Source: Vulcanimicrobiales bacterium (GTDB lineage Bacteria; Vulcanimicrobiota; Vulcanimicrobiia; Vulcanimicrobiales; Vulcanimicrobiaceae). Taken from it: a stretch of 64,000 nt of DNA. The translations under genes were made by a program, and so were the position numbers. This document shows, one piece after another, positions 49,871-59,226 of the stretch; position 1 is the stretch's first letter; every line of letters begins with the position of its first letter. Below the pieces are notes generated by a model that saw nothing but the letters and a program-made list of their open reading frames with translations, was not told the origin of the DNA and made no database searches. The stretch spans positions 32,001-96,000 of the forward strand of contig JBBRLI010000003.1 in assembly GCA_038231455.1 (NCBI GenBank), written 5' to 3'.

Positions 49871-50269
49871 CTAGAGAAATCCGAGATCGCGCAGGCGGTG
49901 AATCGTATCGATGTAGCGCAGCAGTTCGCGCTCTGTTTCTTCCGTCTGTTCGAGAAACGCGATGCCGGTGCGGTACTTACCCAGGAGCACGTCATGATGC
50001 GACCAGCGCACTTGGCCCGTGAGCCGCAGCTTCGGCCGCGCATCGCCCCGGAGTTCGAGTTCGATCGTTACGTCGTGATGCAGCGGCAGTTCGGCGATCG
50101 TGAGCATCGCAAGTCCGCCGCTTCCGATATCGTAGGCCTCCGTATATTCCGGTCGGATATCCTCGGAAATCGTATACGAAACGAGCAGCGAATCGCCGAC
50201 GCGCGGGAAAATTCGGGCGTGGGCCTCGGCGACTAGGGCATCGTCACTCACAAGTAAGCGCGTTCTCAT
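49871..50269 (-). CDS. PilZ domain protein
   Basis: RxxxR (RIFPR) and DIGSGG c-di-GMP-binding motifs; GQVRW...GIAF. Confidence 0.85.
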   Translation of the reverse strand: MRTRLLVSDDALVAEAHARIFPRVGDSLLVSYTISEDIRPEYTEAYDIGSGGLAMLTIAELPLHHDVTIELELRGDARPKLRLTGQVRWSHHDVLLGKYRTGIAFLEQTEETERELLRYIDTIHRLRDLGFL

Positions 50270-50334
50270 TGAGCGGTCGAAAACACCTGCCGTGGCAGAG
50301 GGCATCGTCCTTACACGCGCGTACCTACGCGGAC

Positions 50335-51192
50335 GTGTCGTTTGCACAAGCAATGTTCCTCGCCGTCTTGCAAGGCGTAAGCGAGCTCTTCCCGGTGAGT
50401 AGTCTCGGTCATACGGTGATCATTCCGGCATTGCTGCGCTGGAAGGTCGACCGCAGCGATCCGACGTTTCTTGCCTTCGTCGTCGTCCTGCATCTGGGTA
50501 CGGCGATCGCGCTTGTGGTTTTCTACTGGCGCGAATGGGTTGCCATCGTCGGTGCGTTCGTCCAGAGCGTCGTGCGCGGTAAGCTTTCGAACTCGCGCGA
50601 TGAAAAAGTCGCTTGGCTCCTGATCGCGGGAACGATACCCGTCGGTTTGCTTGGCGTATTCTTTCAAAAGACCGTTCAGGGACTCTTCGCCTCGCCGATG
50701 ATCGTCTCGCTCTTCCTCGTTGCGAATGCCTTCGTGATGTTCTTGGGCGAACAGCTGCGCAGCCGTCAGGCCAAGGCCGTCGATCGTCCCAATCGACCGC
50801 TCGAAGCTTTGAGCTGGCAGGATGCGGTTAAAGTCGGGTTCGCGCAGGGCCTCGCGCTCTTGCCCGGGATCTCGCGCTCGGGCTCCTCGATTGTTGCCGG
50901 ATTGTTGCTCGATCTCGATCATGAAGACGCGGCGAAATATTCGTTTTTACTTGCGACGCCCGTTATTTTGGCAGCGGCAGTGCTCGAATTGCCGGAACTC
51001 TTCGCACCCGAAGTGCATTTGGTGCTCGTGCAGTCGGTCGTTGGGGCCGTCGTTGCGGGCATCACCGCGTATGCATCGGTGGCCTTCTTGACGAAGTACT
51101 TTCAACACAACGATCTGCGGCCGTTCGGCTGGTACTGCTTGATCGTCGGTCTGATCTCGTTCACGCTCTTCGCTACGAAAGTTATCTCATGA
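50335..51192 (+). CDS. uppP: Undecaprenyl-diphosphate phosphatase
   Basis: QGVSELFPVSSLGH, LHLGT, PGISRSG. Confidence 0.95.
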   Translation: MSFAQAMFLAVLQGVSELFPVSSLGHTVIIPALLRWKVDRSDPTFLAFVVVLHLGTAIALVVFYWREWVAIVGAFVQSVVRGKLSNSRDEKVAWLLIAGTIPVGLLGVFFQKTVQGLFASPMIVSLFLVANAFVMFLGEQLRSRQAKAVDRPNRPLEALSWQDAVKVGFAQGLALLPGISRSGSSIVAGLLLDLDHEDAAKYSFLLATPVILAAAVLELPELFAPEVHLVLVQSVVGAVVAGITAYASVAFLTKYFQHNDLRPFGWYCLIVGLISFTLFATKVIS

Positions 51193-51383
51193 AATTGCTC
51201 CCGATCGTCCTCGCCGTCGTCTGCGCCGCAATCGCGGTCCTGTATTGGACCGGCCATTTTTTCCCAAGCGGCGTACACACAAAGCACGGCGTAGTCTTCG
51301 CATTTCTCGCCGTACTGTGCCTCGTTTGGTACCGCTTCTCAAGCAACAGCGACAGCAGCTCAAGCGTAGGCAAGCGAATTTAA
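51189..51383 (+). CDS. Small two-TM membrane protein
   Basis: ATGA overlap with uppP; two hydrophobic segments around an HxKH motif. Confidence 0.6.
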   Translation: MKLLPIVLAVVCAAIAVLYWTGHFFPSGVHTKHGVVFAFLAVLCLVWYRFSSNSDSSSSVGKRI

Positions 51384-51387
51384 GCAA

Positions 51388-51665
51388 AGGCAACGACGCA
51401 AGGCGCGCCCACGGGGAATCGCGCCAAAGCAACATGTCGAAGCGCGCCATGGCCCGGGGGGGCCGCGCCGAAGGCGTGGGTGCGCGGAGCGGAGCGCAGC
51501 GCCTTTCAACTAGCACGAGAATACTTCGCCCTCAGGCTAAGAACCGGCACGCCGCTATTTCGCCCTCAGGCGAACAACCGGACCGCCAAAATCAAAATCA
51601 CCATGGCGCGCTTCGACTAGCTGCTAAGGCGCGATTCCCCGTGGGCGCCCCTTGCATCGTTGCCT
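51388..51665. repeat. 278-bp element with 65-bp imperfect terminal inverted repeats and an internal 23-bp direct repeat (MITE/REP-like or structured RNA)
   Basis: 51388-51452 matches the reverse complement of 51601-51665 with 7 mismatches by eye; TTCGCCCTCAGGCnAAnAACCGG at 51525-51547 and 51559-51581. Confidence 0.8.
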
Positions 51666-51669
51666 GGAG

Positions 51670-52584
51670 CTACCGGTGGCCAACGACGTACGTCTCGTCT
51701 GCATGCGGCGAGATGATCTCGACGTTGGGGCGGAATTCGTGCATTAGCGTTTTGAGCTGCGCGGCGTTTTGTAGCGTGGTTTGTAAGATGAGGAGCGGCG
51801 CTTTTTCGGCGGCTGCGAAGACGGCACCGAGGGCGCGGTTATAGCTTGAGTCTTCGTTGGTTCGCTGCACGAAGATCGTGTCGCGGTAATAGCGCTCGAT
51901 GTTTAAATACGGGTCGCCTTGCCACCAGGCTTCCCACATCCAGATGCGGGCGTCAGCTTTTTTGTGCGCATTTTTTCCCGGTGGGGCGATAAAGACGGCG
52001 TCGGCGGTTGTTGCGCCGAGGGTTGCGTTGAAGTCGCCTCTACGTACGGTGTTCCGCAGCGCGTTTTGCGTTACGAGGTGTTCCGTTTCGCGGATATAGT
52101 GCCAGGCGAGTTCGCTTGGCGGGATGTCCGCCATGTCGTCTTGGTATTTTGATTTTTGCAGCCAGTAGCAAAGCACGTGCCAGAGGCCTGCGATCGCGAG
52201 ACCCGTTTGACCGTCGCTACGTAAGTTGTGCACGTTGCTGTGCCACACGCCAAGATAGATGCACTGTTCTTCCGTGAAGAAGACGCCGTCCCACCCTTTG
52301 AACATGTCCATTGGATAGATGCGACCCGGCAGCATCTCCACGATCTCGGCGACTTCACTGTCGCGCAGGATCGTGAGGTCGTTGACGACGAGGCCTTCGC
52401 CTGCGCGCACGAACCAATCCACCAGATCCCCGCCGTGCACGGAGATGCCGTGTCGTTTGAGAAAATTTAAATGGGCGGGATAGCCCATGAACGGATCGAT
52501 GACGCTCTTCGCATCGTACTGCTGGAGGATCTCGAGTAAGCGCGAGCCGGAGATGCGGCGCGTGCGTTCGCTCAGGTCGATCAT
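51670..52584 (-). CDS. Degenerate DNA adenine methyltransferase-like protein (D12 class fold)
   Basis: Motif I region VIDPFMGYP; motif IV region DAVFIAPPG in place of DPPY; FFTEE segment as in FokI-type MTases. Confidence 0.55.
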   Translation of the reverse strand: MIDLSERTRRISGSRLLEILQQYDAKSVIDPFMGYPAHLNFLKRHGISVHGGDLVDWFVRAGEGLVVNDLTILRDSEVAEIVEMLPGRIYPMDMFKGWDGVFFTEEQCIYLGVWHSNVHNLRSDGQTGLAIAGLWHVLCYWLQKSKYQDDMADIPPSELAWHYIRETEHLVTQNALRNTVRRGDFNATLGATTADAVFIAPPGKNAHKKADARIWMWEAWWQGDPYLNIERYYRDTIFVQRTNEDSSYNRALGAVFAAAEKAPLLILQTTLQNAAQLKTLMHEFRPNVEIISPHADETYVVGHR

Positions 52585-53783
52585 GCGCTAACCCCTTGCG
52601 CCTTGAGAAACGCGCTGACCGTGGTTGGATCGAATTGCGTGCCCGAGGCGGCCATGATTCGTGTCGCCGCGGTCGGTCCGTTTGAAGGCGTGAGCCCGTA
52701 CGGACCGGAGACCAGCGATTCGTATGCCGTCGCAATGGCGAGGACGCGCGCGATCGGATCGATATCGTTTGCACGTTTGCGATCCGGTAACCCCGTTCCG
52801 TCGAACCATTCCGACGATCCGCGCAGCGGCCCAGCGAGGCGCGCGTAACTCGGCGCGATGCCGACGATTGATGCAGCGGCGCTGCCTTCGACTGAACGTA
52901 CGTCGCGACCGAGCCGCGAGAGCGGATCGAATTCATCGCGAATGCCGCGCGCGTGCAATCGACCGAAGGCCGTAAGCTCCGCAGCGAGGATCCCATCGGC
53001 GCGCACGTTCGCGGCCCAGCCGAGTTCGGCGGCCGTCGTATCGACGAAGCCGGCGATGCGTTCGCCGCGGCCCGCGCTGCGTTCGTCTCGCTTGTCTGCA
53101 TCGCGCGCGACGGCGATGACCGCCGCGTCCGGGTTGGCGAGCGCGCGATCGATCGCAAGCGGCGGCTCGATTATCTCAGCGATCGATTCGCGGTTCGTCA
53201 TGAAGAAATCGCGAAATTCGCGCACGAGCGGAACGGAAAACGCCTTGCCGCTGCGCCCGAGGATTTCGTACATCGCTTCATCAGCGCCGCGTGGTTCGCT
53301 TGGATCGTTGCCGAGTTCGATGAACGTCATCGCGATATTCACGATCATCGCAAGCGACGGGATGCCGTGCCAACGGAGGCGGTCGGGATAGCCCGTTCCA
53401 TCCCACGATTCACAGTGCCAGCGAATCATGTCGGCGGTCGCCGAGGGCAGCCCGCCGATGTTTGCGACGATTTTTGCGCCGTGGAGCGGGATGTCCCAAC
53501 GTGCGATCTCTCGCGCGCGGTCGCTCGCGCCGTCATGGTGCGATTTGAGGCGCACGCCGCCGATGCCATGCAGCAGGCCGGCATAATAGGCCGCGGTGAT
53601 CCCCGCCGCGTCGACGCCGTGGCGCTCGGCGAGGCGGGCTGCGAGACTCGCGACCCCGGCGCTCGCGCCGAGCGCGCGGCCGGAAACAGCATCGCTAACC
53701 GCACCAAGCAGCCGCATTGCATCAAGAAATACGCGGTCGGCCGCAGGAACGGGATCGCCGACGAGACCTGGCAACAGTGTCAT
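52581..53783 (-). CDS. Tandem degenerate HD-GYP domain protein
   Basis: HCESWDGTGYP and SSEWFDGTGLP...SGTQFDP; HD dyads replaced (LHGIG, LTAFG). Confidence 0.8.
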   Translation of the reverse strand: MTLLPGLVGDPVPAADRVFLDAMRLLGAVSDAVSGRALGASAGVASLAARLAERHGVDAAGITAAYYAGLLHGIGGVRLKSHHDGASDRAREIARWDIPLHGAKIVANIGGLPSATADMIRWHCESWDGTGYPDRLRWHGIPSLAMIVNIAMTFIELGNDPSEPRGADEAMYEILGRSGKAFSVPLVREFRDFFMTNRESIAEIIEPPLAIDRALANPDAAVIAVARDADKRDERSAGRGERIAGFVDTTAAELGWAANVRADGILAAELTAFGRLHARGIRDEFDPLSRLGRDVRSVEGSAAASIVGIAPSYARLAGPLRGSSEWFDGTGLPDRKRANDIDPIARVLAIATAYESLVSGPYGLTPSNGPTAATRIMAASGTQFDPTTVSAFLKAQGVSA

Positions 53784-53810
53784 CCGTACAAACGGCGAAT
53801 TCTTTGCAGC

Positions 53811-54284
53811 GTGCCGAAACCCTCACATATCTCTGCCGATGGTTCGATTACGATGGTCGACGTCGGTGGCAAAGAGCAAACCTCCCGCGAGGCACGTGCC
53901 GAAGCGCACGTCCGACTCCAGCCCGATACGGCAGTTGCACTCCGTTCGCTCACACGTACAAAAGGCGATGCGTTCGTGACGGCTCAAGTGGCCGGCATCC
54001 TTGCGGCAAAGCAAACCGGAACGCTTATTCCGCTCTGTCATCCGCTCGGACTCGATGCGGTCGACGTTCGATTTGATTGGCCGGAGCCAACGCTCTTACG
54101 CATCGAGACACGCGCCGCGACGACTGGCCCGACGGGCGTCGAAATGGAAGCGCTCGTTGCCGCGACGGTTGCGGCGCTGACGATTTACGACATGTGCAAA
54201 GCAATGGAGAAGGGGATCGAGATCGAATCGGTGCGCCTGCTCTCGAAATCCGGCGGCAAAAGCGGCACCTGGACGCGCTCGTGA
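53811..54284 (+). CDS. moaC: Cyclic pyranopterin monophosphate synthase
   Basis: MVDV, LIPLCHP, TGVEMEAL, YDMCKA, KSGGKSG. Confidence 0.97.
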   Translation: MPKPSHISADGSITMVDVGGKEQTSREARAEAHVRLQPDTAVALRSLTRTKGDAFVTAQVAGILAAKQTGTLIPLCHPLGLDAVDVRFDWPEPTLLRIETRAATTGPTGVEMEALVAATVAALTIYDMCKAMEKGIEIESVRLLSKSGGKSGTWTRS

Positions 54285-54763
54285 GCTATCGAACGGCCGT
54301 CGTGATCCTCTCCGACCGGGCCGCCGCGGGGACGCGGCCGGATGGCTGCATCCCGGTCGTGCGCGAGCTTTTAGGCGCGGAGTTCTCGCTCGATGACGAG
54401 CGCGTGCTGCCGGATGACCCGGCGGCTCTCGCCGCTGCGCTCATCTCGCTTGCCGACGTGCACGACTTCGCCTTGATCCTCACGAGCGGCGGGACGGGCC
54501 TCGGGCCCCGCGACCGCACGCCCCAGACGACCGCCTCGATCCTGGACTACGAGGTCCCGGGAATCGGCGAGGCGATGCGGGCGGCCTCGGCGACCTTCAT
54601 CAAAACGGCGATGCTCTCGCGCGCGATTGCGGGGGTTCGCGGGCGCTCCCTGATCGTGAACCTCCCCGGCAGTCCAAAAGCCGTCCGGGAGACGCTCGGG
54701 ATTCTGCTCCCCGCTCTCCCGCACGCGCTCGACCTGCTGGCCGGAGGGGTCACGGACGGCTAG
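54281..54763 (+). CDS. mog: Molybdopterin adenylyltransferase (MogA/MoaB)
   Basis: TSGGTG...RDRTP, NLPGSPKA. Confidence 0.9.
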   Translation: MSYRTAVVILSDRAAAGTRPDGCIPVVRELLGAEFSLDDERVLPDDPAALAAALISLADVHDFALILTSGGTGLGPRDRTPQTTASILDYEVPGIGEAMRAASATFIKTAMLSRAIAGVRGRSLIVNLPGSPKAVRETLGILLPALPHALDLLAGGVTDG

Positions 54764-54849
54764 GCTCGGGCCCCCGTGCGGGGTCACGTCCAAAATCGCA
54801 GGCGTCGGAAACGATGTCGGGTATACTTTACGGTAATGGTGAGCGACCG

Positions 54850-56172
54850 GTGACCTTCGCATCCGCGACGTCGTATTTACTTGGAACGATCAACGAGACG
54901 GTCTCGCGGCGGATGCCGAATCGGCTCGACCGCATGCGTGCGTTTTTAGCCGCGCTCGGCGATCCGCAAGAGCGCTATCCCATCGTGCACGTTGGCGGCA
55001 CGAGCGGTAAAGGCTCGACCTCGACGATGATCGCTGCGGCACTCACGCAAGCCGGCCACCGCACGGGCTTGCACACGAAGCCCCATCTCGCATCCGTAAC
55101 GGAACGCTCGCGGATCGACGGCGTTGCGATCGATGAAGACCGGTTTGCCGATGTGATGAGTACGCTCATCGAAGCGGTCGACAAGATTGCTGCCGAACAC
55201 GGTCGCCCGTCATACTACGAGACGCTCCTCGCGATTGCGTTTGTGTACTTCGAGCAAGAGAACGTGGACGTCGCCGTGATCGAAGTCGGCATCGGCGGTG
55301 CGCTCGACGGAACCAACGTCATTGTCGCGCCGCGCGCGAGCGTGATTACGAACATCGGACTCGATCACACCGAGACGCTCGGCGATACACTCGAGCTGAT
55401 CGCCCGCGATAAATCCGGGATCGCGCGCGCGGGCGTTCCGCTCGTCTCTGACGTCGCGGACCCCGGTCCGCGTGCGGTGATCGAAGCCACGTGCGCCGCG
55501 GTTGGCGCGCCGTTTATCTCCGTGCGCGATAGCGTGCAGATCGAAGAGCGCGATGGCGAGCTGTACGGCCAGTCGTTCGGCATCGTGACGCCAGTCGACC
55601 GCTACGACCTTTCGCTTCCGATTCTGGGCGGGTTCCAGCGCCGCAACGCCGCGACCGCGATTCGCGCGCTCGAATGTTTGGGCACGGATCTACGGCCCTC
55701 GCGCGCCGATATCGAGAATGCTTTTGCGAACTTGATGATACCCGGGCGCATGGAGTACTTTCCCTCGCATCCGGCAGTCGTCTTCGACATCGCGCACAAT
55801 CCGGATAAAGCGCAGAGCCTTGCCGACGCTCTTGCCGCGACGTTCCCCGACCGCCGTTTCACCTTCATCATGGCCGTTGCCGATAGCAAAGATGCAGGCG
55901 CCGTGATCGCGCCGTTTGCCGCGCTGCGTGGCAATTTTATTTTTACGTCGTTCGAAGCGGCCGGTCGGACCGCAACGCGCCCGCAGCGCCTGGCAAGTCT
56001 GGCCGGTGATTACGGCGTTTGGGGTCGCGCGATCAACGACGCGGTCGAAGCGTTCTCGATCGCGCGACGCAATGCCGACGCCTCGGACATTATCGTCGTT
56101 ACGGGCTCGACGTTTGTGGTCGCGGAACTCCGCCAGTGGTGGTTTGCGAACGTTGCCAAAGCAAACAACTAG
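54850..56172 (+). CDS. folC: Folylpolyglutamate/dihydrofolate synthase
   Basis: HVGGTSGKGS, EVGIGG..DGTN, PGRME, DIAHNP; alternative ATG at 54814. Confidence 0.95.
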   Translation: MTFASATSYLLGTINETVSRRMPNRLDRMRAFLAALGDPQERYPIVHVGGTSGKGSTSTMIAAALTQAGHRTGLHTKPHLASVTERSRIDGVAIDEDRFADVMSTLIEAVDKIAAEHGRPSYYETLLAIAFVYFEQENVDVAVIEVGIGGALDGTNVIVAPRASVITNIGLDHTETLGDTLELIARDKSGIARAGVPLVSDVADPGPRAVIEATCAAVGAPFISVRDSVQIEERDGELYGQSFGIVTPVDRYDLSLPILGGFQRRNAATAIRALECLGTDLRPSRADIENAFANLMIPGRMEYFPSHPAVVFDIAHNPDKAQSLADALAATFPDRRFTFIMAVADSKDAGAVIAPFAALRGNFIFTSFEAAGRTATRPQRLASLAGDYGVWGRAINDAVEAFSIARRNADASDIIVVTGSTFVVAELRQWWFANVAKANN

Positions 56173-57019
56173 CCGCGGCGCGCTCGTCCTGCGCGGCGGC
56201 GTGCTGAAGTGGGGCGTGCGTACGTACGTGATGGGGATCGTGAACGTCACGCCCGATTCGTTTTCTGGTGATGGCATGGTCGATGCGGATACCGCAATCG
56301 CGCATGCACTCGCACAGCGTGACCGCGGCGCGGATATCCTCGATATCGGCGCGGAGTCAACCCGCCCCGGCTTCGCGCCAATCGACGATGCGACCGAACG
56401 CGGACGTCTTTTGCCCGTGATCGCACGGCTGCGGGCGGCGGCTCCGGATGCGATTCTCTCCGTCGATACGTTCAAGGCGCCCGTGTACCTCGAGGCGCAC
56501 GCCGCCGGCGGCGATCTACTCAATTCGATTTGGGGTCTGGACGATGCACTGCTCGCGGCGTGCGTGCAGACGCAGTCGCCCGCGATCATCATGCACAACA
56601 AACGCGTCGCCATGTACGAGCGCGACGTCGTCGACGAAGTGCTGGCCTCGCTCGAAGCGCAAGCCGAACGCGCCGTGACCGCGGGGCTACCTCCGGAGCA
56701 CGTGATCCTCGATCCGGGGATCGGGTTTGGCAAATTACCCGAGCATAATCTTGCCCTGCTCGCGCAACTCGACCGGCTTGTCGCGCTCGGCTTCCCGACG
56801 CTGATCGGGACGTCGCGCAAATCGACGATTGGGAAACTCACCGACCGCCGCGTCGACGAGCGTTCGTACGGCACCGCCGCGACGATCGCGCTTGCAATCG
56901 CGGCGGGGATCGACATCGTGCGCGTGCATGACGTCCAAGAGATGAGCGACGTGGTTCACGTTACCGATGCGATCACCCGCGGCTGGCGCCCGGAAAGCTG
57001 GAACGAAACTTTACCGTGA
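56153..57019 (+). CDS. folP: Dihydropteroate synthase
   Basis: TTG start; MGIVNVTPDSFS, ESTRPG, DPGIGFGK, SRK, RVHDV. Confidence 0.97.
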   Translation: MPKQTTSRGALVLRGGVLKWGVRTYVMGIVNVTPDSFSGDGMVDADTAIAHALAQRDRGADILDIGAESTRPGFAPIDDATERGRLLPVIARLRAAAPDAILSVDTFKAPVYLEAHAAGGDLLNSIWGLDDALLAACVQTQSPAIIMHNKRVAMYERDVVDEVLASLEAQAERAVTAGLPPEHVILDPGIGFGKLPEHNLALLAQLDRLVALGFPTLIGTSRKSTIGKLTDRRVDERSYGTAATIALAIAAGIDIVRVHDVQEMSDVVHVTDAITRGWRPESWNETLP

Positions 57020-57375
57020 GCGATACGATCGAACTGCGCGGTATGCGCATCATCGCGCGCCACGGCGCCAATCTTGGTGAGCAGGATGTCCCGCAACCCT
57101 TCGACGTTGACGTCTTGCTCGAAGTCGATTTCGAACGCGCAAAAACCAGCGATGAGCTTGGCGACACCTACGACTACGCCGCGCTCCATCGGGACATCAC
57201 GCTCATCGTGACGAGTCGCCGCTATAAGTTGCTCGAACGGCTCGGCACCGATATCCTCATGAAGATATTTGAAGACAAGCGCGTACACGCCGCTACGCTG
57301 AGTATCGGGAAGCCGAACTTGCTCGCCGGTGCAACGCCGGTCGTGACGCAGCGCGCGACCAACCCGAACCGTTAG
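57016..57375 (+). CDS. folB: Dihydroneopterin aldolase
   Basis: HG...EQ...QPF, YDY, LLE, KP. Confidence 0.92.
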   Translation: MSDTIELRGMRIIARHGANLGEQDVPQPFDVDVLLEVDFERAKTSDELGDTYDYAALHRDITLIVTSRRYKLLERLGTDILMKIFEDKRVHAATLSIGKPNLLAGATPVVTQRATNPNR

Positions 57376-57857
57376 TGGCGTTGGTCGCGATCGGCATCGG
57401 TTCAAACGATGGTGACGCTCAAAAAAACGTCCTCGATGCATTCGTCCAGCTCCAGCAACTCGGCACGCTAACCGCGCGCTCGTCGATCTATCGTACCAAA
57501 GCCTGGGGTGTAACCGATCAAGCCGATTTCTATAATGCTGCCGCGATACTGGAGACCAATCTCGAGCCGTACGATCTTCTGCGCGAGCTCAAACGCATCG
57601 AGCGCGAAATGGGTCGCACGACGACCTTCCGCTGGGGACCGCGCATCATCGACCTCGATATTCTCACCTTCGACGATCGAACGATCGACGATGTCGATCT
57701 GCAGGTACCGCACGTGCTCATGAACGAGCGTGCGTTCGTCTTGGTACCGCTCGCCGAGATCGATCCGTCGTTCCTCGTCGCACGCGATCGCCTCGATCCC
57801 GCTCAACTCAGCGAAATTCGCGTGGTCATAACCGGGGCAGAGCGCCCTAAATCATGA
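57375..57857 (+). CDS. folK: 2-amino-4-hydroxy-6-hydroxymethyldihydropteridine pyrophosphokinase
   Basis: IGIGSN, RWGPRIIDLDIL, ERAFVLVPL. Confidence 0.96.
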   Translation: MALVAIGIGSNDGDAQKNVLDAFVQLQQLGTLTARSSIYRTKAWGVTDQADFYNAAAILETNLEPYDLLRELKRIEREMGRTTTFRWGPRIIDLDILTFDDRTIDDVDLQVPHVLMNERAFVLVPLAEIDPSFLVARDRLDPAQLSEIRVVITGAERPKS

Positions 57858-58416
57858 TCAGGCCGAGCCGGACGCCGATCGTCACCGCTTCGGCTCGTGT
57901 CGATGCGCCAAGTTTGTTGAGGATCGAGCCGACGTGGAATTTGACGGTGTGATCGCTGATGTGCAGCTTTACAGCGATGACCTTGTTCGATGCGCCGGAT
58001 GAGAGCAAGTTCAAGACTTCCCGTTCGCGTTCGGTCAGATCCGTGACGCTCGGCGTCGTGGTCCGGGCTGTTTCGCGGAGCACGCTACGCGCGTCACTTC
58101 CGAGAAGCGTTAGACCGAGTTCCGCGGCGTCGATTGCGACGCTCAGTTCGGCACTCGTAGCATCGCGCGAGATGATCGCCCGTGCGCCTGCGCCAAGAGC
58201 GCGGCGAAGAAAGCCTTCGCGTGGTTCGTCGGCGAGAACGATCAGCGCGAGCGCGTGATCGAGTCGTTCGAGATCGGCAAGCCCGTCGAGGTCGTTCGGT
58301 ACGTCGAGAATGATGACGTCGGGATCATCCTCGACGATGTGATGGCGCGGTTCGAGCCGCGAGCGTAGCGCGACCCGGATCGCCGGCGATCCCGTTTGGA
58401 TCGCGACGCGTGACAT
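57847..58416 (-). CDS. NarL/LuxR family response regulator
   Basis: LTEREREVL...SNKVIA...TVKFH HTH; shortened receiver domain. Confidence 0.9.
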   Translation of the reverse strand: MSRVAIQTGSPAIRVALRSRLEPRHHIVEDDPDVIILDVPNDLDGLADLERLDHALALIVLADEPREGFLRRALGAGARAIISRDATSAELSVAIDAAELGLTLLGSDARSVLRETARTTTPSVTDLTEREREVLNLLSSGASNKVIAVKLHISDHTVKFHVGSILNKLGASTRAEAVTIGVRLGLIMI

Positions 58417-58419
58417 ACC

Positions 58420-59226
58420 TTAGGCAGCGTTCGAGAGAGAGACGGGGGGCACGACAATCGTGAGCGGTTTGCCGCCGCGTTCGATCGAGAGCGCACGAGC
58501 CGAGACAAGGCGCATCTCACCGCGGATCGGTCGTCCGTCAATTTCAAGAATGACATCGCCGACGATCAGGCCGGCGGCTTCTGCGCGGCTCTCTTGGGTG
58601 ATGCCGAGGACGGCGAGTCCGATCCGATCGTTGAGGCGCACGGGTGCGTAGCGGATGCCCAGAAGGGGTGCGGGTGCGGTGAGGCCGAGGAATTGTTGCA
58701 CGGTATCACTTGGAACAGCAATCGCTAAGTCTCCGTTTGCAACCATACTGTTGACGCCCACGACGCGGCCGGAGCTGTCCGCCAGCGGACCGCCGGAGTT
58801 GCCCGGCGCCAGGCGCAAATCGGCGGTGACAAATCTTCCGCCCCGCCGCGCGTGGGCGATGCCGAGCGTGAGTGCTCCGAGGATCCCGTGCGGATTTCCC
58901 ATTGCGACGAGCAGCTCGCCGACGCGCAGATCTTTGGGATCGCGAATCGTTGCTGCGGGCAGTCCGGTGGCATCGATCCGTAACTTGGCAAGATCCCGGT
59001 CGACGTCGCGCGCTTCGATGCGCGCCGGGAAGCGCCGACCGTCGCTGAGTTCGACTTCGATCGCGCGCTCGCGTACGACGTGGGCGTTGGTGACGATCGT
59101 TCCGTCGGCGGACCAGATGACGCCCGAACCGGCGCCGCTCCCGCGTTGACCGCGTACCGCGACCGTGGAGGCACGCAGCGTAGCTGCTAAGGTCGCGAGT
59201 TCGTCCGAATAGGTGCTAGCGATCAT
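58420..59226 (-). CDS. HtrA-like serine protease with PDZ domain (no signal peptide)
   Basis: TNAHVV, DLA, PGNSGGPL. Confidence 0.9.
   Translation of the reverse strand: MIASTYSDELATLAATLRASTVAVRGQRGSGAGSGVIWSADGTIVTNAHVVRERAIEVELSDGRRFPARIEARDVDRDLAKLRIDATGLPAATIRDPKDLRVGELLVAMGNPHGILGALTLGIAHARRGGRFVTADLRLAPGNSGGPLADSSGRVVGVNSMVANGDLAIAVPSDTVQQFLGLTAPAPLLGIRYAPVRLNDRIGLAVLGITQESRAEAAGLIVGDVILEIDGRPIRGEMRLVSARALSIERGGKPLTIVVPPVSLSNAA

Noticed and set aside
51525-51581. Two 23-nt direct repeats with a hairpin as a mini-CRISPR
   Set aside because: Only two copies, an 11-nt spacer and no cas genes in the window
51388-51665. Retron msr-msd (flanking inverted repeats)
   Set aside because: No reverse transcriptase in the window
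52953-53810. Long 5' extension of moaC and similar extensions of sua5, folP, smpB, tilS and the second M16 gene in the ORF track
   Set aside because: These extensions overlap well-supported genes and reflect stop-poor GC-rich frames; shorter starts fit the families
55690-56916. 408-aa antisense ORF and the many other shadow ORFs
   Set aside because: They lie opposite or within clear genes, are Arg/Ser/Ala-rich and show no motifs
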